Source of the DNA: Octopus sinensis
Lineage: Eukaryota
NCBI RefSeq assembly: GCF_006345805.1
Contig: NC_042998.1
Coordinates: forward strand, 158,472,001 to 158,536,000
Direction: 5' to 3'
DNA length: 64,000 nucleotides
The position numbers and the translations under genes are program-made. Under the pieces are notes generated by a model. The model saw nothing but the letters and a program-made list of their open reading frames with translations, had not been told where the DNA came from and searched no databases. This document shows, one piece after another, positions 39,904 to 53,490 of the stretch. Every line of letters starts with the position of its first letter. Position 1 is the first letter of the stretch.

Positions 39904-40688
39904 GTCTATCTTTCTGTCTCTCTCCCTCTCTCACAAACTCTGTTCCACAAGCAGTTTTGTAATTCACACAATGTTGTCCTACTTTCTCTTTTTCTCTAAA
40001 GCCCCCTTCTCTCTCTTTATCTACGTAACCCTCATCTCTCTCTTTCTCTCTAATTATATCCCCTAACCCTCTTTCGCTCTGTCCTCCCTCTTTCTCTCTA
40101 TATTATCGCTCTCTTTCTCTCTTAATATGTTCTTTCTCTCTCTGTCTCTAACTATGTTCCCTCACCCGCTCTCGCACTAACTATGTCCTTCCATCCTCTC
40201 TTTAATCTCTCTCTTGCTTACTCTCCTCCGCATTGTGCACCTCTCCTGGTTCTTTCTGTCTCTCATCACTTTCACTGCCTCTTCACTTCATTCTCTTTTT
40301 CTCTGTTTCGATCTATATGTCTTTCTCTCTCTTTATTTATCAATCTATTAATTCCATGCTTCTCCTCAGTTCTTTCTTACTGACTCCAACTGTTTGTTTA
40401 TCCGTTCTCTTTTAACTTTGTCTCTCTTTCCCTCTCTAACTTTTTCACCTTTCTTTCTTACTCTCTGCATCAAGCTCCCGATACCATTTCCTCAGATTGC
40501 TCTCTAACTCTCTTCTTATTCCGGCTCTAACTATCACTAATACTCTACACCTCACTATTCTCTGAGATAGCTACCGGCCAATATTGGCCAAAGCCAAGTC
40601 GGACTGAATTAGCATCATGTTGTACAGTGAAGTTAGACATTTATTTAAGAATATGTGCGAACGCAGGTATGAATAAATGTGTGTGTGT

Positions 40689-40728
<40 letters not shown>

Positions 40729-40750
40729 GTGTAAATAAATATACATATAC

Positions 40751-40895
40751 ATGGGGCTCACTCAACAACACAGAAGTAAAAGTCCTGTCCATTCATAGAA
40801 CGGACGCAACGCTTAGACAAATTACGGAAGCTGCACACAAAATAGAAAACTGGAATGGAACAATAGCACCACCACCCACATACACACACCACAAG
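40751..40895 (+). pseudogene. Penelope-like element GIY-YIG endonuclease C-terminal remnant
   Basis: NTEVKVLSIHRTDATLRQITEAAHKI resembles the hydrophobic strand plus R..EA..I helix ending GIY-YIG domains (pattern recognition only). Confidence 0.55.
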
Positions 40896-40945
40896 CTGAT
40901 GACAGAATAAGATCCCCATAAACTTATAATAATATGAAACTAAAA
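40892..40945 (+). ncRNA. Relic hammerhead motif 3' of the GIY-YIG remnant
   Basis: CUGAUGA (40896-40902), AUAAG/CUUAU hairpin, GAAAC (40936-40940); cleavage triplet and stem I' are missing. Confidence 0.45.
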
Positions 40946-41212
40946 CAATAGATAGATAAATAAATAGAATTAATACAAAAAAGAAAAGAAAAAGTAAGTA
41001 GATAAAAACAAATAAATGATTTAGGTAAAATAAAATATAATGAACAGGAATACTGATAATGCAGGTATCATACACATTCCCACACACACACTTAGCAAAC
41101 ATAGACACACACAGGGATATACGCATGCGCAAATAAAGACGCATACATGTGTGTGTATATACATACATACATACATACATACTACATACATACATACATA
41201 CATACATACATA

Positions 41213-41243
<31 letters not shown>

Positions 41244-41689
41244 ACGTTGCTACTATGTCATATGTCCAAATTTGGCCAAATGCGTTTCTTTTTCAATATT
41301 TAATTTTGCTTGCAATAACCAGTTCTTTTGGTCAAACTATCGTATCTCCAGCTGCTTCAGATAAAAATTGTCAAAGTCTAGTACAATGGTTTAGTATTTT
41401 TCAAAAGTGTAGTAAGCCCCACATACAACAGTTTTGGAAAAATATTTCTGACTGAAAATATCATACAAGCATGGAGTTACAATTTTATGTTACAGGAGAA
41501 CAGCTTCTCTTGTATGGCGACTGTTTTCTTCATAATGCAATCGATTCATTCGTGCAAGTCATTCTTGGACACTGGTGTTTCAACATGAGTCTCGTCACCA
41601 GAAGCACCGAAATTCTGAATCCCACCAGTGACGATGGCTTTCTTCATAATTTCAGCAAACAATCTCTTCGCTGATTCGTGCTCATAACT

Positions 41690-43020
41690 GCCAACCGAAG
41701 AGGAGGGTCATGCCATCCAACACTGCCGTGGGGTGTTTGATGGAGTGATCGGTTAATCTTCTTGTTTGGTTCAGTTTTCTAAGTGGAGAAGAAGTTGGAC
41801 GAACTGATTATGAAGTTTGGCTAATCTAACCCCAAAATTGGCAGAAAGAAAGCAATCCTAGAAAGCTCAATCATAGGGAACGAACTATGATATCGCCTCG
41901 TCATATATTACCGTTTGACCGTTGTGCCTTCCCCTAAATCACGTCCGATTGGTCAGGTGCACCAGCTCGTCCGCTTGCTGTGACAGCGATACATTTCAGT
42001 GGTCAGACGTCCCATTTGTGTTCAACACATCGCTGGGTGGAAGACTGAGGCTACCGTGGCTGACGATAGTCAAACACACACTGAGGCTGTAACATCTTGG
42101 GCGTTTCCTCAGCTTTTCCGTAATGTGTCAGAGTCGCTTATTTCAAAGCTCGTCTCTGACTGAGCTGTTGTTATGGGTTGAGGCAGAGCATCTAGCAGCT
42201 GAAATGTTGTCAGGTACTTACAACTCTATGCCAGTTAGTCGATAGCAAGAGCGACGACGTTATTGAGGAAAAAATGAGCTGGCTGTTCTGGAGGCTTTCA
42301 GACTGGAGCCCATGAAAACTTTCCGGGAATTCTTGACGTGGTAGTGCTGCCGGGAGACATGGAAGAACCGTCAGACAGACCCCCCAGCCAAACCAGTCTG
42401 AATTGGGCTCGAGAGGAGAAACTGTTCTGCCCGAGTATTGCTGACTTATGAATTATATCGAACAACTGCGGTCATATATAGGACAGATCAGGCTATCAGC
42501 TAAGTCCATCGCACAGATCGTCCCATTGCCTTTCTATCTGTCTAGTGGCTTTAGCGAAAGATGTATGGTGGACCGGATTGAAGGAGTTGAAGACAGACAC
42601 CTTCCTCTTTGGTCAATATCCCCTTAGCTCCTTCTTTTTCTTTTTTTTTAAACTTTCACTTGAAGAGTAGTGTTAAGGTAGAGAGAGAACTACTATCTTT
42701 CAGCAAATTTATTGAAAGGTGGATAACAGTAGTACGAATGGTCCTAGCGAACAGGTCTGCTTTGAACATGCGCTTGTAGGTTGAAGACGGAGGAGGAAGA
42801 AAGAGCACCCTAGTAATCAGAATTACTACCATTTTGTGAGGTCCCGTAACTAGTCTTTGGGAGTCTCTCTGCTTTTAGGAATATCTCATTATTTGGATTT
42901 TTCGTTTCTTTATTATTGTTAATTTATTGTTGACATGCTTATGTAATCCCCACATCTATTGTACTGTATAGTCCTACACTGCCATCGCTTCCTTTGTAAA
43001 TCTGAGAGGTTAATAAAGAA
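41690..43020 (+). mobile_element. L1/Tx1-like LINE 3' remnant
   Basis: Degenerate frame FCPSIADL...CLVALAKDVWWTGLKELKTDTF...FHLKSSVKVERE is homologous to 61270-61600. It ends with aataaa (43012) and an (ATT)n tract. Confidence 0.7.
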
Positions 43021-43075
<55 letters not shown>

Positions 43076-43104
43076 TATTATTATTATTATTATTATTATT
43101 ACAT

Positions 43105-43319
43105 AGGGCGGTAAGCTGTCAGAACGGTTAGCACGCTGCACGAAATTCTTAGCGATATTTCGCCCGCCGCTACGTCCTGAGATCAAATTCTGCCGAGGTC
43201 AACTTTGCCTTTCATCCTTTCGGGGTTGATAAATTAAGTATCAGTGAAATTCTGAGGTTGATGTAATCGACTAGTCCCCTCCCCCAAAATTTCAGGCCTT
43301 GTGCTTGTAGTAGAAAAGA
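43105..43319 (+). mobile_element. Full-length SINE family A copy
   Basis: ggcggtaagctgtcagaacggttagc...gaggtcaactttgcctttcatcctttcgggg...gtagtagaaaagag. Confidence 0.88.
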
Positions 43320-43325
43320 GTGTGG

Positions 43326-43360
<35 letters not shown>

Positions 43361-43369
43361 CTTCTTCTT

Positions 43370-43400
<31 letters not shown>

Positions 43401-43577
43401 TTATTATTATTATTCTCCTTCTCCCCCTCCTCCTCCTCCTCCTCCTCGTCCTTCTTTTTCGCTCACGTTTTGTTGGAACTCCTGGAGTCTTGCATGCGTA
43501 GCGTGATTCCGATTTCCTTTATATTCCACTTGATACCCCCTGATACTGTCTCTAATGTTCCAACAATATATGCCCGT

Positions 43578-43880
43578 GGGCATATGGCGTAATGGTTAAG
43601 AGCGCAGGCTACTAACCCCAAGATTCTGAGTTCGATTCTAGGCAGTGACCTGAATAATAATAATCATAATAACAACAACAACAATAATAATAATAATAAC
43701 ATCGAAACATATCTTAGGAATGAGAACCCAGGTTCGAAATTTCCCAAGACACCTGAAGAAGTTTTGGAGGCTATATCAGCCAAAACGTTGTGTTAACAAC
43801 AAACAAGATGAGGGGAAATATCCGTCAAATGTAAATAATGTAAATAATGTACATAATTCCTCATCTCTTAAATATAGACA
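43578..43880 (+). mobile_element. tRNA-headed SINE-like element carrying a hammerhead motif
   Basis: A box tggcgtaatgg, anticodon-like loop ctactaa, B box gagttcgattc, (AAT/AAC)n linker, then ACAC CUGAAGA A...CAGCC AAAAC GUU GUGU at 43749-43793. Confidence 0.7.
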
Positions 43881-46274
43881 TGTATAAGATAAGACAACCA
43901 AAAACTAGGGCCGTATAAAACCCCACATCATATCCTACAGTCTTATGCATCTTAGATATCTTCTGCACGAAATCTTTGCAAATTTACTTGTGTGTGTGTG
44001 TGCGCGCATGCGCATGCATGCGTGCGCGTGGGAATGTGGGGGGGGGCGATACAGTATAAAGAAAATGATTTCCCCATTATTTGTCTATTATTTATAGAAA
44101 TGAGAGTTATTTAGATATGATAATTCGATAGCTAGGCACGCAAACAAACAACACATTAACAGACTGACAAATAAACAGACAGCATACATACATACATACA
44201 TACATACATACATACATACATACATACATACATACATACTACATACATACATACATACATGCACATACATGCTTGTAAAGAGAGAGTTGTTAGGATGTAG
44301 GGATCGGTAGATGGGTTTAGCTGATGGATAGTGATATAGCAGCCTAGTTGAATGGCTAAAACATTGCTACAGGCAATCATTGAAATTATATTATATACCC
44401 ACTAATTAAGTTTCAATATTTCCATTCATCTTTCAGCTCCTCCTACTTCTCCATCCCTCCCCTCTACCTACTTACTCTCTTTCACTTTCTTTTTCATTTG
44501 TCTCCTTCTCTGTTTCTGTCTGCAATGTTTTCTTCTTTTTCTTCTTTATTTTCCTTTTTTCTTAGAGATCGTTTCTAAACTAATCTCTCTCTTGTAATTG
44601 TAAAGCCAAAGGCCATTCATAAATGCCATGAATTAATCAAGACGTTGATATGACTTCGTTTCTAAAAAGCTTATTTATGAAGTAATTGAAACGCTCTGCC
44701 AAGATTTCGGTTGCGTTCAATGGGCAGTGTCTAAATGAGGAATTATAAACTGGCAAGCTGTCGTCAACAAAGCAAAGAGCGAACCGTCTGCACTTGTTTT
44801 CGACTTCATTTCTAACAGACTGAGATGTGCTGATTAATTGAATGGTTTAAAATTGCAACAGTTAAGTGTGGAATGACTGGCGTCTCAGATCGGCCTGTCA
44901 TTTTCTGGTAACTTATCAAAACAAAGTGGAATATTGATATGTCCCGGCTAAAATATTGCTATATGTTTAAATTGACGAATGGATGGATGGATGGACAAAT
45001 GAAGGAATAAAGGAATGGATGAATGAATGGATATTTGAGTAGATAAGTGTGGGGATGAACAGTTAGAAGAACGAATTGAAGAACTCAAAAAATAACTTGA
45101 TGAGTGAATTGTTGGTTATATGGCTGTTTGTTTATGAGCAAATTAAGTATATCCATATAAAAATATGATCTCGAAGATACACTTTTAGAAATGTATGATT
45201 ATCTAGTCAGGTGTGTCTGTGTCTATGTTGGTCTGTGCGCGTGCATATATGTATATGTGTGTGCCCGTGTGTGCATTCATTAATATATGTGTAAGTTCAT
45301 TCATTTAGTGTTCGGTGTTTGATAGGTGGTAAGAAGCCAAAATTAGTAATACATAAGTAGAGCAAAAAGGAAAAACAAACTCAAGGCAAAGCATTGGTTT
45401 ATATAAAACTTATGCATCACTAAAGAGATTTGCGTGAGAATGCCTCATAGACGTTATCATATCATATTGATGATGTGTTTCATCCCTTTAAAGAAAGGAA
45501 GTTACAAACCTGTTGACCGTTTTCATAGCAATCTGGATGTTTTACAATGAACACACTGCCTCTTAAATTATTAATAGGACGTAATTTGAACACTGACCCA
45601 GCAATAGATACTTTTCACAGCAAAGGTTAATAGAGATTTCTAATGAAGAATTAGTTTCCTCTCAAATCATGGCACAAATTCAAATACCTAGCATCTTCTA
45701 GGGCTTCCCTGCGGGTGACGACTTTAAAATGATGATTTAAAATCTTGCTGGCAATCTGATGGCGACTCCCTACGGCTTTTCAACCAGAATGACTGCAATT
45801 TGACACGAGACAGATCAGAGAAATTAAAAAGCAGCTGCGTTAGGCGACTGAACCAACGTATACTCATATACTCAGTGTTTCTGATAATACAGCTAATACT
45901 ATTGATTATCTATATTTGTGTGCGTGTGTGAACGCTTCGATGAGTGTGTGTGTACGTATGAGGGTGTGTATGTGTGTGTGAATTGAATGAGGCACGTCAA
46001 TCAACAACTAATACGGACATCTGTCAAGCAACAACCAATCCATTGATTAGTATTTCATTTTTATTGCTTTTAGCCATGTGTGATTATACGTTTATATGTA
46101 TATATGTACATTAGTGTGCGATACAGTATCTGCGTAGTGATGAGTACTTTAAAATCTACTGTCTTCGCTCATATCCCAACAGAGATTTAAGCTGGACTTG
46201 GGCCCAAGTACATGTGTGTATGTATGTATGTATGTATGTATGTATGTATGTATGTATGTATGTATGTATGTATG

Positions 46275-46319
<45 letters not shown>

Positions 46320-46945
46320 TATATATGCGTGGGTATGTGCGTGTGTAATCGTGTAGATTGCTTGACGTGGTGTACATATTTTATATATTAAGAAAAGGGA
46401 GGTAACCAAAATTTTGGACAATTATTTATTTAGCGCTTTCTTCTAGTTCCAGATTCATCAGGGATGATTATTTTAGAGAAAAGTGATGCATTATATATAT
46501 ATATATATATATATTGTGTGTGTGTGTGTGTGTGTGTATACCTATATTGTGTGTGAGTGTGCTTGCGCGCGCGCAAGTGTGTGTCACAATGTATGGTGAA
46601 TTTTTGGAGGCTTGATTACAGGGAGAAAAATATGAAAGAAAGCAAGAGAGAAAGGGATCTTTTTCTGGAATAGTTGACATTGTATTCTATTCTATGGTCA
46701 GTAGACATGCTATCCAACAGTAAAAAGGGCTGTTTTTCTGGGATGTTCGAAGTTCATGGCAGATCACGATATTAATGTTTTTTCAGTCATTTCCTTATTA
46801 TTTTCTGGTGTTTTTCTTTTGTCAGTTGTGTTATCCATCTGTAGAAAATAAACACTATCAAAATTATTTTGGAAGACCATTAAATGTGACTGAGTGTTTA
46901 AGCAAAGATATATGTGAGAGAGAGGCAGTGAGAGGGGGGAGCGAA

Positions 46946-46985
<40 letters not shown>

Positions 46986-48661
46986 ATTGTTACGTGGGGG
47001 GGGGGTGCTAAAATGAATTTATCCAGTTCTAAGACACAAAGGACGAACAAATAATATAATTTAGAGAAAATGGAGACCTTTCGGATGCCTTTGATCATTG
47101 GTGTACTCAGTCAGTACTTATACGTCATTCCACCTAGATGTTTAGCAATACAGCATTTGCAACTAAAAGATTAAGTATTGCAATGTATGCATAAGTCATT
47201 GCACCAGATCAAATCCTGAAGCTAACTTGGGATTAGATTCCATCTATAACCATCAGGGTATTTTTCAGACATAATATAACAGGAAGTACATTATCCAATG
47301 CGTCCTTCACAATATTTTGTTTCATCTCTGTTGGTTCTTAGTTGAAATGTACGGATTTTAAACTTTTATGCCGTCGTTGTTGCTGTAAGTCTCCAGGTTA
47401 ATTATGCCGACCTTGGCCATCCAATGTTTGTTTACAGCAACAGTATATATGAGGTTTTATTGAACGATATATCTCCAACCCTTTTTTGAAGAAAATTGAG
47501 TGTGATTTAAGAGAGATTTGGCTACTATTTCTAACAAGTCGAGGAAGGATTGGGCAGTTGTCGTCGTCGTCGTCATCATCGTCGTCGTTGTTGTAGATGT
47601 CGATGCTGCGGTTGCTGCTATTTAGCCACATTGATCAAACTACTAATCAAAGAGTTTTTAGTCATAGTCATCAACTCATTTTCAAGCATACGGAATCCTG
47701 CCTTTCTAAGATGGTTGTTTATTTAGCCAGTTATGTAGAAAAACAATGGTTGCGTAGAGGACAAATCTGCAAATCGGCCCAGTCAATCAAGAGGATCGAT
47801 CAACTAACCATCTTTAAGTTGGCAGAGCAAGCGGTGTTCCTCTGTTTTGTGGTTGAGGTGAAAGAGTTCATGTGATAGATGAGGCTGAAAGGATTGAGGC
47901 AGACACTTTCTTCCTTAGATTTTTTTGAAGTTCCACTGGGAAATATGCGTGCGTGTGTGTGTGTGTGTTTGTGTGTATATGCGTGCGTGTGTGTGTATGT
48001 GCGCATACGTGTGCGTGTATGTGTGTACGTATGCACACACTTACGCATACTCTTTCTCTCACACACACTCATCCACGCACACGTACCAATGTTAGAAGCA
48101 GTAGACTTTCTTAAAAAAGAGACAGCTTGGTCAAAATGATCCAAGGGACAGCACCAAATAGCACAGACTAGAAAATACCATCACATATAGAATTAAATGC
48201 TTCCTAAACTTCTAAAGTTATTACATCTCATACACACAAGCCTGATTTTGTTCACTTAGTATTAATAACGTTAATAATTGTAGTTATATTTACGACAATA
48301 AAGCAAAAAATTAAGACAACGGTTTTTGGAGTGGAAGAACGAGCGATGCAGGAAGTGTGGGCAATAGTTAATATCTGGGATTCCTCTTAAGTCTCTTAAC
48401 TCCACGTACTTCTGAGTGATATCGGGTATCCGTTTAACTTACTGTTCTCTGTGTTGAATTTTCCCTCCCTTTCTTGTGCAAGCGCCACCTGTAGCAGCCT
48501 TTTAATTATATTTGGACTTGTCATTCCAATTGAATTGTGATACACTTAGCTATTTACAACAACGCGTCCCCAAATGATAGGTTCTGGTCAAAGGAATTAT
48601 TGTACACAAGAACATATATTTGAAGCAATTAACAACGGTATCAGCAATAGCTGCAGCAACT

Positions 48662-48746
<85 letters not shown>

Positions 48747-50453
48747 CAGCAGCAGCAGCAGCAGCAGCAAGATATATGCCAGTTCTATTATTGCAAGATT
48801 TCAAGCTGTTGCTCTTGTTATACAACAGCTACTTGAAATCTTGATCAATCCTTGTAATATGCCCAAGAAGATGTGATCAGAGACGTTCCATCTATGCTTA
48901 TCCCGTCATTATTCTCAGACCTTGCATGGTTTACTATTTGTCAAAATGTCCTTCCATACTTTTAGGAAAACAACTGCAAATTGTTTGCTTTCGTTTCACT
49001 AATCAAACTTAGAGAAAGAAGAAAGCTTTATAAAAGTCACTAAACACACTGATAATGTATATGTTTACATACTAAGAATATAATCCGAATAAGTCGTATA
49101 GGAAATGACATTCCTTCATAAGCGATGGCTTTTATAATTAAAGCAGTCACTTGATGGAAAGTGTAAAAGAATATTTCCATCACAGCATCATCATCATCAG
49201 TAACTTCATGTCAGTGGAAAGTTCATGACAGCATTGATGCAAGACAGATAGCCGGGTCAATAACTGTTTTCAACTGATCCGCATGTCGTCATCTCTTGGA
49301 TCGTTTGAAACACAAATTGCTTCGACGATAGTCGCTGAATCAGATGTAATTTCATTAATTCCTCAGTCTATTGGAAATAATTGTTTCGAAAATGAAATTC
49401 GGCTTTGATTGCAGAAGAAATAGTTGAATATTTGCAATGGGCGGGAACAGAACTCGCGTGAAATTAAATCGCAAGATCTAAGGTAAAAATGAAAAGAAAT
49501 GCAAGATTCCTGGAATTCTATAACACTGCTGATTTCTGTCAAAGCAATTTGATATTTAAAATGCAACTGCGTTGAATGATGTGCCATGGTGTAAATTACA
49601 GAAAGGTAACTCTACGTTTAAGAATATTTTCAAGTGGACTTTAAAAGGACAAATTATATCTGAAGATTTACTTGCTGGTAGCATATTATTGTTCCCGTTC
49701 TCTTTTCATTTCTTCTTCTTCTTCTTCTTCTTCTTCTTCTTCTTCTTCTTCTTCTCCTTCTTCTTCTTCTTCTACATCTTCTCCCCCTCCCCCTCCTCCT
49801 TCTCCTCCGCCACCCCTCTAACCCATCCTTTTTCATCCTCTTACAATATTTATTTTCGTTTACTGGAAAATTTGACAATTTGATTTGAATGTGTTACAAA
49901 TAATGTTACTAAATCTGAAAGTGGGATTCATCTTAACGCTAAAGAATTAATGAGTGAATTACACCCAAGCGATGATCAAGTATGTTCTACGTGGTTGAAA
50001 GTGTGAACTCGACTGGCAAATCTGTCTACATTTAGTTCATCTGAGGAAGTTTGTATTCTGAGTACTTTCACGTGAATAAGCTTGGAGGCAACCACGTTCA
50101 GATAGAGGTGATAGGAGTGGTTAGGTTCACTCAAAGTAAATGCGTGCCAAGACACTAAAGTGCATCAGAAAACAATAAAAACACATAAGAGAGGTCAATT
50201 CTTTTCTTATGTGAGCGGATTTGATCACTGAATTGTAAAACATCAAAACTGTCTGAAATTTTCTATTTATTCGGTAACCATCAAACCAATTATTCTTTGT
50301 AAGTTCTAAACTTGCCCAGCTGCCAGTAAGACATATATATAAATATTTCGCTTAGGCATAAGCGACAAACATTCCGTCCGCCACTCTACCTACTTTCACC
50401 AAAGTATTTGTCACTATATACACGTATCTAAACTACATACATATGCGTGACTG

Positions 50454-50532
<79 letters not shown>

Positions 50533-50838
50533 GTTCTCTATTTCTGTTCTGTGTGTGTGGTTGTGTGTATGAATACCCTTTGCAGGGGCACGTATAAATC
50601 TATGTATGTGTGTATACGTGTGCGCGTCTACCCATGTATCTCTGCCATCTCTGCGTGACTATATGTCTGCGTAAGTTTTCTTTTTTTCATTCTGGTGTAA
50701 ACGCTTGCATATATTTGCATACTTTTTTTCTACATTTGGACAGATCTCTCCTTCGACATCAACATCAACGTTTTCACTCCTAACGCTTGTATGTTCTAAA
50801 AATGTAATTTTCCCAAATAAAGTCCACTTCATAATCAA

Positions 50839-50904
50839 GGCTCTGGCGAAGCTATAGGACTCAACTAAGTCCACCACATTCTCTAGCAAAAACAGCTGTA
50901 AACT
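50839..50904 (+). ncRNA. Relic type I hammerhead motif
   Basis: GGCU CUGGCGA A GCUAUAG...CUCUAGC A AAAAC AGCU GUA AACU: two core substitutions, same A-stem-A geometry as 60470-60517. Confidence 0.5.
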
Positions 50905-51236
50905 AATGAAGTTCATTATATAACCTTTGTTTCTTTCCGGTGTCATCTTTTTGTTCCTATCTATATATATCGTTGCTATTGTGCAAAAGTATCGTAAGTT
51001 CAAAACGTTGATTTTCAGAAGACGAAAAAATAGTTTCACCATTCCATAGCAAAACCGTTGTACTACACTTTGACAATTTTTATATCTTGGCAACTGAAGC
51101 AGCTGGAGATGCGATAGTTTGACCAAAAGAACCAACTATTGCAAGCAAATGTGAATAATGAAAAACATGCATTTGGCCAAATTTGGACATACGACAGTAT
51201 AACATAATAGCAATGACAAATATATGTCTATATATA

Positions 51237-51318
<82 letters not shown>

Positions 51319-51383
51319 GTGTGTATGTACATACATGCATACATACAAACGCATAATAATATGCATACATATATACATATACA

Positions 51384-51574
51384 CAAGAGGGTGCTGACAC
51401 ACAGGAGCATTAGTTAAGTATGATTTTATCTATCACATTCCTTTCTCAGATTCACTCACTTACTGCAGCGGTCCTTCAGTTTTTTTAAGCCCTGTAAGAG
51501 AACTCGGAAGGTTAGGCCTCCAATCAGTCCTCTCGCGACACCCTTAAAGCCAAAAACTTTCCAGAACGCCCTCG
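51384..51574. mobile_element. Mariner-type MITE (~190 bp)
   Basis: Ends caagagggtgctga... and ...ccagaacgccctcg|ta resemble mariner cgagggg TIRs; no ORF. Confidence 0.6.
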
Positions 51575-51899
51575 TACGTTTGTATATAAACACATTCTTC
51601 CATATCGATCTATCCAGTCAGCCAGCCTTAAATATATATATACATACATTTCTGTATGCTTGCATACATACGTACGTAAACTATCGTGCGTGGGCTTATA
51701 CATAAGAATGTAAATAGATGGGTACTGCAGTTATTCCATCAGTTTAATTTGTTTACTCACTGAAATTATCTAAGTATTCTAAAGACACGATTACAAGCAA
51801 TTCTCGTGTAGATTCAGCATGACACAGGGAATGAAGAGGCTGGTTTTAAATTACAATAATAGTTTGTACGACGAGCTTCTACGTAGTTTCCGTCTAACC

Positions 51900-52367
51900 C
51901 AGGGGTCGTCAAAGGTGGTCCGAGGGACTCCCTAGGGATCGATGAAGAATTACAGGAGGTCGATGATAGCGAAGGGTCGAATGAGGGTCGGCGTGCAAAA
52001 GACCAGCTCACTGTGATAAACTGCTTGAAATACTTAGTGCCATGTTCATCGTTCACATTGATGTTGTCAATTTCAATAAAAGATACTCCAGCAATACGAT
52101 GCGTTTCTCATTTTTTCTAACCATAAAAACAATTTCATAAAAATTGAAAGTTTAATACCGTATACTCGTACACTCGTACACGTACAATAGAATTTCTCAG
52201 TTTGTCGTACATATTAGCCAACATTTTAATTGCCATCATCAGTACCCGGTACACATTTAAGATATGGTACGGTAGGTTATTAAGATATTCTAAATGATGA
52301 GAGTGGTCGATGCAGAAGGAGAAGTGGCTAAAGAGGGTCGATGGTCGAAAACGTTTGGCGACCCCTG
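51900..52367. mobile_element. hAT (Charlie-type) MITE, 468 bp
   Basis: TIRs caggggtcgtcaaa / tttggcgacccctg; perfect 8-bp TSD gtctaacc at 51892-51899 and 52368-52375. Confidence 0.93.
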
Positions 52368-53042
52368 GTCTAACCAGTTTCCCTCATAAGCTTCGGTTCG
52401 ACCCAAGGCTAATTTTGAAAGATACACAGTGAAATCGAAACCAGAGACTTACGACTGCGAAATAAATGAAGCAACCACTCGGCCATGTCACCGACGCATA
52501 TACGTATAATGATAGAAAAACAACTCAAACCCAGTTACATCAACAATCCACACGCTCTTCCTTCAAAAGATTATCCCGTAGTTAAAATATTTCCGGAAGG
52601 TTCCCGCCATTATCCGGCGAATCGTTAAGTCTGAGTTAACATGCGATTGTTCAATTTATGTGAATAGAAAAACTAGTTTATTAACTGCTGCACCAGCATC
52701 AATCAGCTGTCATCAATGACTAAACAAAAGCTTTCGGTTGAAATAAAACCAAAGTCATATACAGAACAAGGTCATAGACACGTTGGCTTTCTTATTTGAA
52801 TACCCGACATTATGGAATACAAATAGTGATAGAAATATCTTATGTATAGCCATTACTAAATATTTACATTGTTCTTCTTTTCTTGAGTATCATCCTCCTT
52901 TTTATTGTTCTGGATTCTATATGTATTTGTTTTTTTACTATTATTGTCCATTTAGTGTTTACAAAGAAGTTAAGTTTCTGAACGTCTCTGCACCTGATGT
53001 GCTATCAAAAGGCACGTGCAACTGTATTATAAATGATTGCAT

Positions 53043-53101
<59 letters not shown>

Positions 53102-53110
53102 ACATATATA

Positions 53111-53490
53111 GGCGCAGGCATGTCTTTGTGGCAAGAAGCTTGCTTCCCGACCACATGGTCCCGGTTTCAGTCCCACAACGTAACACTTGGTCAAGTATCT
53201 TCAACTATAGCCCCAGGCCGACCAGATACTTGTCGATGAATTTGGTAAACGGAAACTGAAAGAAGCCCGCCATATATGTATATGCGTGTGTATGTGTGTG
53301 TGTGTGTATGTGTGTGTGTGTGTGTGTGTGTGTTTCTGCTCTTGTACCTATGTCTGTGCCCCCTCACCGCTTGACAACCGGCGCTAGTATGTTTACGTCC
53401 CGAAACTTAGCAGCTCGGGAAAAGAGGGCGATAGAATATGTACTGGTATCGATTTATCCGATTAAAACCCTTCATGACGGTGCTGAAGCA
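53111..53490 (+). mobile_element. CORE-type SINE (family B) with internal (TG)n, followed by an inverted tail of a second copy (53507-53582)
   Basis: ggcgcaggcatg...caagtatcttcaactatagcccc...aaagaagccc...ttgacaacc...gtttacgtccc. Confidence 0.85.

Noticed and set aside
43578-43652. Genuine tRNA gene
   Set aside because: Acceptor and anticodon stems do not close and it runs into a repeat body; treated as a SINE head.
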